The notes beneath the pieces were generated by a model. It searched no databases, was not told where the DNA came from, and was given only the letters and a program-made list of their open reading frames with translations. A stretch of 64,000 nucleotides of DNA, from positions 248,001 through 312,000 of the forward strand of contig JAANOX010000061.1 of assembly GCA_020184695.1 (NCBI GenBank), given 5' to 3'. This DNA is from Histomonas meleagridis 2922-C6/04-290x (Eukaryota > Protista > Parabasalia). A program made the position numbers and the translations under genes. The first letter of the stretch is position 1; every line of letters begins with the position of its first letter. Positions 11,271 to 21,267 of this stretch are shown piece by piece.

Positions 11271-11479
11271 ATTATATCCCGACCAAAATATCATTGCATG
11301 CAGATACACAGTAGAACCAGACATGAGGGAACATGTTATTTAAATATGAAACAAAGTAATGTAATTCAATTGACTTCAATTTTTACTGAATTGCCTTTGC
11401 TGTTCACAGATGAACCCCCAATCCTTGCCTGTCTTTTCTTCAAGAAGTTGACAAAGTTTTTTCCTGAGTTCGATTACTC

Positions 11480-13552
11480 TCACTGAAATTTCATAGTGTT
11501 CTTTTTTCTTGAAACATCGCAATTACTTAACAACGCAACAATATCTCGATGATGGTTTTTGTGTGCTATCGCTTTTGCTGTTTTATATAATTTAAATAAT
11601 TACCAAATATTATTTTGAAATAGAAAATTATTAAAACAAATATTAAATAAAACAAATAAATACCTTTAATATTAATATCAATTCCTTCTTGTTCTAGAAG
11701 TAATTTAACAATTTCTAAATGACCATTTTGAGATGCTATCATGAGTGCTGTTCGAAAAAATTTAAATAATTTCCAAATATTATTTTGAAACAAAAAATTA
11801 TTAAAATAATCATTAAATAAAACAAATAAATATCTTTAGCATTAATATCAATTCCTTCTTGTTCAAGAAGTAATTTAACTATTTTTGTATAACCTTTATA
11901 AGAAGCAAACATAAGTGCTGTTTCATGTAATTTAAATAATTTCCAAATATTATTTTGAAACAAAAAATTATTAAAATAAATATTAAATAAAACAAATTAA
12001 TATTTTTAGAATTAATATCAATTCCTTCTTGTTCAAGAAGTAATTTAACTATTTCTATATGACCTTTTGAAGATGCATACATAAGTGCTGTTTTAAAACA
12101 TGTAAATAATTTTCACATATCATTAATAAATTTTAAATGAATTTTATAAATTTTTAAAGATAAAAAGTATTACTTTTAGTATTTATCTTTATAATTTTTT
12201 GCTGGAGAAGCAGTTTTATAATTTCAATGTTTCCATTTATAGATGCATACATTAAAGGTGCTATAAATACTTTAAATTAATTCCAAGTATTTAAGTAATA
12301 TTCTAAATTATTACCATAAACATCAAATAAAAAAAAATTATATCACATGTGTTGATATTCAATCCTTTTTGCTCTAAAAAATATTTAAAAAATTCAAAAT
12401 TATTTCTTTTAACAACTGAAGTTTGCGAATAATTTAATATCTGAATTCCTTCAGTAAAATGTATGATTATATATAAGTTACTCCTTTGAATTGATTCATC
12501 ATTAAGTATTTTATCTATTTTCATCTTATTTTCTTCTAAAAATGATAAAATTTCAAAATTATGATATAAAATACATTTATTTCCTAATTCTTTTAACATT
12601 TCATAAGGATATTTAAAAGTATCGTAAATGTATTTAAAGATATCATTTCGATGATATTCGATTGCTGCTTCATATGCATCTTCAAATGATGAATAATTTT
12701 GTTCACATAGATTTCCACTTGCAATTGCATATTTACCTGTGTTCTTTAATTTTGAACCATTCATAAGTAAATATTTGAAACATTTAACTGATGAAAAAAA
12801 TGCTGCATAATCAATTAATGTAACATTTTCTTTATTAACAAATGAACATCTTTCATAAAGTGATGGCTCAATTTTCTGGTTAAAATCAAAGTTTGTTTGT
12901 GATGATATTTCTTGAAGTTTTTCGATTTCATCATTTCGTATTATTTTTGCAATACTATTTAGGTTAACTCCTTCTCTCACATATTTCCTATGAAGCTTCC
13001 AATTGTTTTTTGAAAGTTCTTCACGATTTTTATTAAATTGTTTCCAAAATGGTGTGTTTTGTTTTTTCAAAATTTTGTTAGTGGACATATTGTGTGCAAA
13101 ATATAATGATCCAGAATTTTTTGTGAATTTCGGATCGATTAATTGTTGTTCAATCAATTTTTCCAAAAGAAAATTTGATTCTTGTCTATTTAATTTAATT
13201 AAAAGCTGTGAGAAATATTCAAAAATGTTAATATTCTTTGGATTACTTTCTTGAACTTTTACTTTAAATAATTTTAAAAAAATTATATACAAAATTGGAT
13301 TTTTTTAGTGAATTTTATATGATGAATATAATAAACTACAAATAATATCAAAAATGTTTCTGGGAAGCGATTATCATAATAATTTAATGAAGATACAACT
13401 GATTTTTCAACATTTTCAATCGATAGATTCATTAAAATTTGTTCAAATAATAAAGATTTTGCTAAGAATTCTTTTTCACTTGGAGTATTTAAAACATGAT
13501 TCACATTTTCTCTTTCCCATCTTTTTTTTATTTTGTTATTCAAAATTCTCAT
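11480..13552 (-). CDS. DUF3447-ankyrin locus 1: N-terminal domain, DUF3447 and an ankyrin cassette array interrupted by five 77-nt intervening sequences
   Basis: ORFs 13283-13552 and 12303-13292 join across an A7 run (13300-13306). Core IIRNDEIEKLQEISSQTNFDFNQKIEPSLYERCSF...IDYAAFFSSVKCFKYLLMNG. Cassettes follow and end KTAKAIAHKNHHRDIVALLSN...FQ* (stop 11480-11482). True start uncertain. Confidence 0.75.
11585..12341 (-). repeat. 170-nt-period array (93-nt ankyrin cassette + 77-nt intervening sequence), 5 units
   Basis: Intervening sequences at 12341-12265, 12171-12095, 12001-11925, 11831-11755 and 11661-11585, each counted as 77 nt. Confidence 0.9.
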
Positions 13553-14099
13553 ATGAGAACCGGTGACAGATACTTGTACAAGCGGCTAAAAGTGTCTGAA
13601 AGTACTAGTACAAAAAGTGTCTCTCAAATCGAGTACTTTTTTTTTGAATACTATATGCAGTATTAGGAAGGAACGATTCATAAAAATTCACATATACTTT
13701 CATCATGTTCATTTATTAACAAAAAGTCGCAGTTAAACCTTATTCATTGGACATTGCAATAGTTGATGATACAGCATGCACAAATTTATATGATCTTCCT
13801 TTAGATTTTGGTTTTTCATTGGATAAAAATACAAGCAGTTTTAAAAGCTTTTTTGCAGATATTAGAAATTTTATGAAGCAGCCATTTAGAATTGTTGTAG
13901 TGCTCAAAATGCTGGATTAAATAAGGTATATACCTATACCAGATACACATGTTGTAGCCTTGCCTTCCTTCTTGAGCAATATCTTATCATAGAAGGAATG
14001 TGTATTTTTTAATAATACTTAACTCATTGCCGACTCATGAAAAAAAAAATAATTAATTTTTTCATAATTTATTAAATTTTTTTTATATAAATTTCAATT

Positions 14100-14450
14100 G
14101 TTTGCTTATTAAAAATGTAAACCATCTCGATTTACACTCGTATGAACTTTTATTTGGAATTGTTGTGCAATCAGATCCCATTTTTACCCAATTTGTGTTC
14201 GCCCATTCATTAACGCTTCGTCTTCTTTTGTCCAGAGTGCATTTTGATTAGTCAAAACAAATTTTTCAATTTCTATACAAATATGCAGATGTCGAGCAAT
14301 TGATCATTTTCCCTCAAAATTCAAAGGACTCACACAATTTATTAATCGAATCCCATGCGAATTCAAGTTCTTGGATCAATTCTTCTTTTGAAAGATATTG
14401 TTTTTTCTGAATAAAAAATTTTTAAATTCCCATAATTGTTTTGAACATGT
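14100..14450 (-). pseudogene. Decayed relic: Tc1/mariner-like transposase C-terminus followed by a Myb-repeat fragment
   Basis: Fragments in broken frames: MGI*KFFIQKKQYLSKEELIQELEFAWDSINKLCESF (Tc1-like tail), then LWTKEDEALM..IG*KWDLIAQQF and YECKSRWFTF (Myb-like). No TIRs identified. Confidence 0.4.
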
Positions 14451-15027
14451 TGGAATTATGGGCAACATTGTACGATTGAATGACTTCGTTCCAACATTTT
14501 TTGCATTATGGATTTGACATTGATAGATCTCAGTTTGGTTCAACATCACTTTTCTGTAAAGTAGTTAATGAAAATTGGTGCAAACACGATAGAGAACGTC
14601 ACAAACAACCTGGGTTAAATAATTCGGCATTAATAAACTTGTCAATTTTGACATGTCTACAAAAATCCTTCTCAATTTTCATTACTTTATAATGCTAGTT
14701 ACCTCAAAATATTTTGACATACCCAACTTTTTGGTGACCGTTTATTGACCGTTAATTTCAGCAACATTTCGTCTTCCAACACACTAAACAATAGATAAAC
14801 CTTATTCTTCCATTTTATAATTTTTTGTTATTATAATTTCATTTTTCTAATGCTTTTGATATTGGATCCTAATTTCTTGGTGTGAAATTTTAAGATTTCT
14901 TAAAATTATTCAAACTATTCAATTTTCTGGCAGAATGTTTAGACACAACCGATTTTGTTGAACTTAAAGATATAACATTAGTTAACTAAAAATTATAATG
15001 ATAAAATATTTTATTCATAAACATTTA

Positions 15028-16689
15028 TTATATCATTTGTTTCTTTTTAGCATAACTTCTCAAGAACGGATATTCTCTAAGTGTAGTGATCACATAAGCA
15101 CTGCACCAATCCTTCAGATTCAATTCGTCGTTATTAATGTTTAAGTCCTTTACTACGAATGGCTTCACAGGATTATATTTTGCAGTCTCATCGACATTCA
15201 TTTTCGCACATATTGTTTTAAAATCATTTGAATTTAAAACAACACCATCCACATTCACATTCCTCAACATATGTATGATTATTTTCGGATCAATATCAGG
15301 AGAAATAACAGAAAAGATCTCAGTCTCATTTGGGTTATCAATTATACTTGGTGACATCACAAGAATACTTGTTATTTCTCTCAAAAGTGTTAGATCTGAT
15401 TTCTCCATAGTTTCAAACGCAGTAATAAATGAATTCCAGACAACTGAATTCATAAATAAGTATCGTGAAGGATTAGATAAGACTTTGTTGGAGAGTTTGG
15501 CATCAAGCAACGATACGAGAATATTGAATAGATAACGGTTAATTGATGGAGTAAATGAAAATGCGGTTTGAACGCTCGAAAGAACTTGGTCGAAATCAAT
15601 GAGAAGCTGATCTGTGTCGAAACGAGCTGTTACAAAGCGATTACAAATCACTTCGAAGTTTAGAACAAGTGGAGATACAATTGTCTTTGCTAACTCATAA
15701 ATTAGATCATATATAGTATCTAAAAGCTGTTTGGTTCTATCAGGGTTGACGCCTTGATTGGTTGGATTCGAAGAAACTAACAAATACAAAAGCAAAATAA
15801 TTAAGAATTTTGTATCAGTTGATTCTGGCGAACATAAACTTGAATTATCGAACTCAGTGACAAAAGTTTCAACAAAGAGTTCGAAATCATCATTGGTTAC
15901 TGAAGTAGTAAGAATTTTCGAATTTAAGAATAAACCATATATTGGAAAAACTGCAAGTGGAAATGGAATTTTTTTCTCTTCGTCAATAAAAACGGATGGC
16001 TTTGTGTTCGTATAGTCTTTTGACATCATTGTTTTCAAATATTGAATTGAATCATAAAAATCATCTTGAGAAACAATTGCTTCGTTTGTGCTTTCAGATA
16101 CAGTGGCAGGTGTTTCTTCTTGATGCCTTTTAACTTTTTTGCTTTTCCTTCGCTTTTTATGATGTTTTTCTTTAACACTTTCTATTTCTGTTTTATCCCA
16201 CTCGTTAAGAGGAATTTTTGGTGCAGGCTCTTCAACAAATGAAACATCGTCTTTCCCATAGTTTCCTTCCTCTGAATTGCCTATTTGACTGAGTGAATAT
16301 GATATTGATATGACTGGTGGAATTGAGCGGCCGCTCTCCATTTCTATCTTTTCTGTAATGGTCTTATTTTCCAAAAACGCTTTTCCAACATCAACAGAGA
16401 GCTTTCCATAGATTTTAGGTTCTTGACTATCTGAATATCTATGCAACGTAATTCTAACAATTTTTGGTCTCACTGCTCCATCGTGTTTTGAAATGTAAAG
16501 CGTGCATTTTGTTTCCATAGTTGTATCAAAGTTTATTATCCCTTCATCATTTGGTTTCATTAATTTTGTCGAACTCTTAAATGCGCCACGAACACACGAT
16601 ATTTTGAACTCACTTGCTAGCTTCCTGTGTAGTTCAACAAAGTTAATTTTAAATTTTAGTGATGATTGTACTTTTTGGAACTTTAGCAT
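15028..16689 (-). CDS. NT-type C2 (EEIG1/EHBP1-like) protein with C-terminal DIL-like domain
   Basis: LKFKINFVEL...CVRG...INFDTTMETKCTLY...KIYGKLSVDVGK, a basic/acidic linker, then a helical C-terminus (LLDAKLSNKVL...LREITSILVM). First ATG 16689; the track ORF extends to 16836 from a non-ATG codon. Confidence 0.7.
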   Translation of the reverse strand: MLKFQKVQSSLKFKINFVELHRKLASEFKISCVRGAFKSSTKLMKPNDEGIINFDTTMETKCTLYISKHDGAVRPKIVRITLHRYSDSQEPKIYGKLSVDVGKAFLENKTITEKIEMESGRSIPPVISISYSLSQIGNSEEGNYGKDDVSFVEEPAPKIPLNEWDKTEIESVKEKHHKKRRKSKKVKRHQEETPATVSESTNEAIVSQDDFYDSIQYLKTMMSKDYTNTKPSVFIDEEKKIPFPLAVFPIYGLFLNSKILTTSVTNDDFELFVETFVTEFDNSSLCSPESTDTKFLIILLLYLLVSSNPTNQGVNPDRTKQLLDTIYDLIYELAKTIVSPLVLNFEVICNRFVTARFDTDQLLIDFDQVLSSVQTAFSFTPSINRYLFNILVSLLDAKLSNKVLSNPSRYLFMNSVVWNSFITAFETMEKSDLTLLREITSILVMSPSIIDNPNETEIFSVISPDIDPKIIIHMLRNVNVDGVVLNSNDFKTICAKMNVDETAKYNPVKPFVVKDLNINNDELNLKDWCSAYVITTLREYPFLRSYAKKKQMI

Positions 16690-17237
16690 TTGTGCAAAAT
16701 TGAATGCCAATTCAAAAAGTGTAGGAATTCTATTAAACCGTAAACAGTTTTTTTGTATTGAACAAACATAGTCAATTTTCAAACGTTTTTGCGGGAAATG
16801 TCTAAGACATACTTTTGCCTTGAAAAAGAAGGCCAATAAATGATTCTTCTCTGTCCTTTTTTGAGATAAATGTGAAAATTTTATTCAAAACTCAGATTTA
16901 TCGTTTTTGTTGAAGGCAGATTTTTGGTATGATCATTTTTTATTTAATTAGTCATTTTTTGCTCATATGATGCACTTTTGCATCATTGGAGTGTTAACTG
17001 TCGATCAGAACTTTCATATTCAGATATTGAATAGTTAAAGATATTTTGGCATATTTCTGTTCTTTTTCCCCTTCTGAATATGTTCGATATTTCTCCAATG
17101 AATTATTGAATTAATAATGAAATTTGCTTCATCAGAAACATTGTCAAATGTTGATGAATGAATTGAATTAAAAATAATCGTATTCGATTCAATTCTTTAT
17201 CGGTTTTTACTTCATTTGTTGTTGTTTGTTTAAAATA

Positions 17238-20200
17238 ATGTTGTCTGATACAAATAATGAAAAAAGCAATCAGAGTAATTTAGTGCCAGGTACCACTCAT
17301 ATAGGATTGCTATCTCAACTCGAAAAAATTGCATTTCAAATAACAGAAAATCTTGAATTATCTATTGAAGAAACAATGAAGTTATTTGATATAAATTTCC
17401 CATATTCATATAATTTAATTATTATTAATTTAGTTTATTCTTCTTTTTCAGCACAAATTACTATAAGTGCTGATGCTGATTTAAATTATTTAGAAACTAT
17501 TCAAGCAAAAGAAAAAGTAATGAATATAAATAATCCAGGAATTTTAAAAATGTTCGGTGATTATATAAGTCAAAAGAAAACACAAGAATCATATTATTTA
17601 ATTGAAAGTATGATTGAAAAAGGTTTGATTGATAAAAATATTTTAAAAAAAAAATTTCAACAATCAATCAAATTATTTTATTCATTATGAGAAAAACACA
17701 GAAAAATTCATTGAATTAAGCGAAACCCAGAATGAAGAAACATTTAAAGAAAACATTAAAGAACTTTCAAAGAATGACTGGGAATTACATAAGAAATTAA
17801 TTAAAGAAGGACACAATCCAAATGAAATTGCGAAAATCATTCGAAATGATGAAATAGAGAAACTTCAAGAAATATCATCACAAACAAATTTTGATTTTAA
17901 TCAAAAAATAGAACCATCACTTTATGAAAGATGTTCATTTATAAATCAAGAAAATGTTACACTAATTGATTATGCAGCATTTTTTGGATCAGTTAAATGC
18001 TTTAAATATTTACTTATGAATGGTGCAAATGTAATAAACACAGGTAAATATGCAGTTGCAGGTGGAAACGAAGAAATTATTCATTTATGCGAACAAAATC
18101 ATTCATCATTTGAAGATTCATATGAAACAGCAATAAAATTCCATCGAAATGATATCTTTAAATATCTTTATGAAAATAAATTTGAAGAAAATTATAGAAA
18201 CAAAATCCATTTAGAAATGTTGGGTCATTTTTGTATCCATAATGGAAATTATGAAATTTTTGAATTTTTGGAAGAAAAGGGAATGAAAACTTGCGACTCA
18301 ATAATCACTCAGACAGCAGAAGACGGAAATTTATATCTTATTAAGTACTTTTTTGAAAAAAATCAGATTCCAAAAAATATTTTGCTTTTTTCTTCAAGAT
18401 CAGGAAATATTGAACTTGTAAAATATATATTAGCACAAAAAAGTATTGATGTTAATGCTAAAGAGATTTATTTATTCTATTTAATATTTCCTTGTTTTAT
18501 TTGATATTTATTTTAATAATATAGAATTTCAAAATAATATTTGGAAATTATGTGAAATATTTAGGACAGCACTCACTCTAGCATCTTTGTTTGGTCATAT
18601 AGAAATAGTTGGGTTACTTCTTGAACAAAAAGGAATTGATATTAATGCTAAAGATAAAATTTATTTTAATAATTTTATATTTTATAATAATATTTGGAAA
18701 TTATTCAAATTATTTGAAACAGCACTTATTTGTGCATCTAGAGTTGGACATGAGGAAATAGTTAAATTACTTCTTGAAAAAGAAGGAATTGATATAAATG
18801 CTAAAGACATTTATTTATTTTATTCGAAATTAATATTAATAATTTTATATTTTAAAATAATATTTGGAAATTATTTAAATTATTTGAAACAGCACTTATG
18901 AAAGCATCTTATAATGGTTATATAGAAATAGTTAAATTACTTCTTGAACAAGAAGGAATTGAAATTAATGCTAAAGATAAAATTTATTTTAATCATTATC
19001 TATTTCAAAATAATATTTGGAAATTATTTGAAACAGCACTTATGAAAGCATCTTATAATGGTAAATTAGAAATAGTTAAATTACTTCTTGAACAAAAAGG
19101 AATTGATATTAATGCTAAAAATATTTATTTATTTTATTCGAAATTAATATTAATAATTATCTATTTCAAAATAATATTTGGAAATTATTTAAATTATTTG
19201 AAACAGCACTTATGAAAGCTTCTTATAATGGTTATACAGAAATAGTTAAACTACTTCTTGAACAAGAAGGAATTGAAATTAGTGCTAAAGATAAAATTTA
19301 TTTTAATCATTATCTATTTCAAAATAATATTTGGAAATTATTTGAAACAGCACTTATGAAAGCATCTTATAATGGTAAATTAGAAATAGTTAAATTACTT
19401 CTTGAAAAAGAAGGAATTGATATAAATGCTAAAGACATTTATTTATTTTATTCGAAATTAATATTAATAATTATCTATTTCAAAATAATATTTGGAAATT
19501 ATTTAAATTATTTGAAACAGCACTTATGAAAGCTTCTTATAATGGTTATACAGAAATAGTTAAACTACTTCTTGAACAAGAAGGAATTGATGTTAAAGTT
19601 AGAGATCTTAATTTGTTTTATTTGATATTTGTGTTAATAATTTTGGATTTCAAAATAATATTTGGAAATTATTTAAATTATTTCGAACAGCACTTATATG
19701 GGCATCTGAAAAAGGTCGTACAGAAATAGTTGAATTACTTCTTGAACAAGAAGGAATTGATATTAATGCTAAAGATATTTATTTGTTTTATTGAAAATTT
19801 ATTTTAATAATTTTCTATTTCAAAATAATATTTGGAAATTATTTAAATTATTTATGACAGCACTTATATTTGCATCTGAAAATGGTCATATAGAAATAGT
19901 TAAGTTACTTCTTGAACAAGAAGGAATTGATATTAATGCTAAAAATATTGATTTTTTTTATTTAATATTTATTTTAATAATTTGATATTTCAAAAGAATA
20001 TTTGGAAATTATTTAAATTATTTCGAACAGCACTTATATTTGCATCTGAAAATGGTCATACAGAAATAGTTAAGTTACTTCTTGAACAAGAAGGAATCGA
20101 TTTTAATGCTAAAAATATTTATTTGTTTTATATCGTATTTATTTTAATAATTTTCTATTTCAAAATAATATTTGGAAATTATTTAAATAATTTAGAACAG

Positions 20201-20596
20201 CACTTATTTTAGCATCTGAATGGGGTCATATAGAAATAGTTAAATTACTTCTTGAACAAGAAGGAATCGATTTTAATGCTAAAAATATTTATTTGTTTTA
20301 TTTGAAATTTATTTTAATAATTTTCTATTTCAAAATAACATTTGGAAATTATTTAAATTATTTGATACAGCACTTATTTTAGCATCTGAAAAAGTCCATA
20401 CAGAAATAGTTAAATTGCTTCTTGAGAATGAAGGGATTGTCATTAATGCTGTGAATTTATATAAATTTTGTTGAATGTTTATTGGAAAAATTTGATATTT
20501 CTAAGTGATATTTGGAAATTATTTTAATGATTTAAAACAGCACTTATGTTTGCATCACAAAAAGGTTTTACAGATATAGTCAAACTCTTTCATTAA
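17238..20596 (+). CDS. DUF3447-ankyrin locus 2 with 13 intervening sequences
   Basis: ATG 17238; frameshift in the A10 run at 17645-17654; DUF3447 core continues through 18016-18465. Thirteen xTAL...KLLLEQEGIDINAKD-type cassettes follow, the last being KTALMFASQKGFTDIVKLFH* (TAA 20594-20596). Confidence 0.8.
18466..20533 (+). repeat. Ankyrin cassette / intervening-sequence array, 13 units
   Basis: Intervening sequences: 18466-18562 (97), 18656-18715 (60), 18809-18885 (77), 18979-19029 (51), 19123-19199 (77), 19293-19343 (51), 19437-19513, 19607-19683, 19777-19853, 19947-20023, 20117-20193, 20287-20363, 20457-20533 (all 77). Confidence 0.92.
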
Positions 20597-21267
20597 GTTA
20601 ATTAAGTTGCGATGCCGAAAGTTCCTGAGTAAAGCGCTTTTTATTTATCTTCCTATCAAAAAAATTAATATGATTAAACAAATAAAAATTTCTGTATTTT
20701 ATACTATTCTTAAGAAAATTTATAATTGTAAATTTTCATAAATGTATCTTGTAAACTTCGAAAGACTAATACATATATCATTTGCTTACATAAATCAATG
20801 AACGCACTTTAACTATTTATAATGCTATTTAATATCATACTTTTATTCTGCTCCTGAAATTCGACAAATATATTATTTTTTGATATAAGCATTAAATAAT
20901 GTAATCTTCATGCGAAAAATTTTTAAGATAATGCCCATACACATAATAAAACAAATGGAAGAAACATTCAGTACAATAAATAATGGCGTTATTATTATAT
21001 TTTTGAAAGAAAAATCAACAAATTCTTCATTTTGAGCAGTTTCGCAAAAGTAAGCCTTAAAATTTATTTTACTGCTTCTAAATTACTGCACATACTTCTC
21101 TGAAAATGGCTTTTCACAAACTCATTTACTTAACACAATTGCTTCCATAATAAATCTATGTAAGTTATAAGTTTCAATTCAAATAGATAAGATTTCCAAT
21201 AAATTCAAAATATATTTAAGGAAATAATTAAAATTCACGAATTCGTTAAATCATTTATGTGGTTTAT

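Noticed and set aside
11211-11280. GC-rich element as a tRNA, ribozyme or Helitron end
   Set aside because: No cloverleaf or T-loop, no hammerhead or HDV core, and the hairpin-to-CTAG spacing does not fit a Helitron 3' end. Kept only as an unexplained finding.
11566-12082. Short track ORFs inside the arrays (also 18587-20212, 42880-43212, 46244-46567) as independent genes
   Set aside because: They are chimeras of one cassette plus insert read-through, mostly with non-ATG starts.
11585-12341. 170-nt period equals a nucleosome repeat length
   Set aside because: The numerical similarity is the only evidence. The period follows from 93+77, and there are no chromatin data to support a link.
18809-19199. 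Programmed -1 frameshift translating through each insert, or a matched-codon (TTT-to-TTT, 65-nt) ribosomal hop
   Set aside because: This is attractive in locus 2, but other units have stops at insert positions 4-6 or 7-9, before the putative take-off, and at 72-74 in the landing frame. No conserved slippery heptamer is present. Not excluded for a subset.
18466-20533. Inserts as ordinary spliceosomal introns
   Set aside because: There is no conserved GT/GC donor, branch motif or terminal AG. The CAG in ACA-GCA is only the Thr-Ala codons, is missing in several units (ACT-GCT, ACA-CCA, ACA-TCT), and using it would delete core ankyrin residues.
18466-20596. CRISPR-like repeat-spacer array
   Set aside because: The units are 93+77 nt, both parts are homologous between units, one part is protein-coding, the context is eukaryotic and no cas genes are present.
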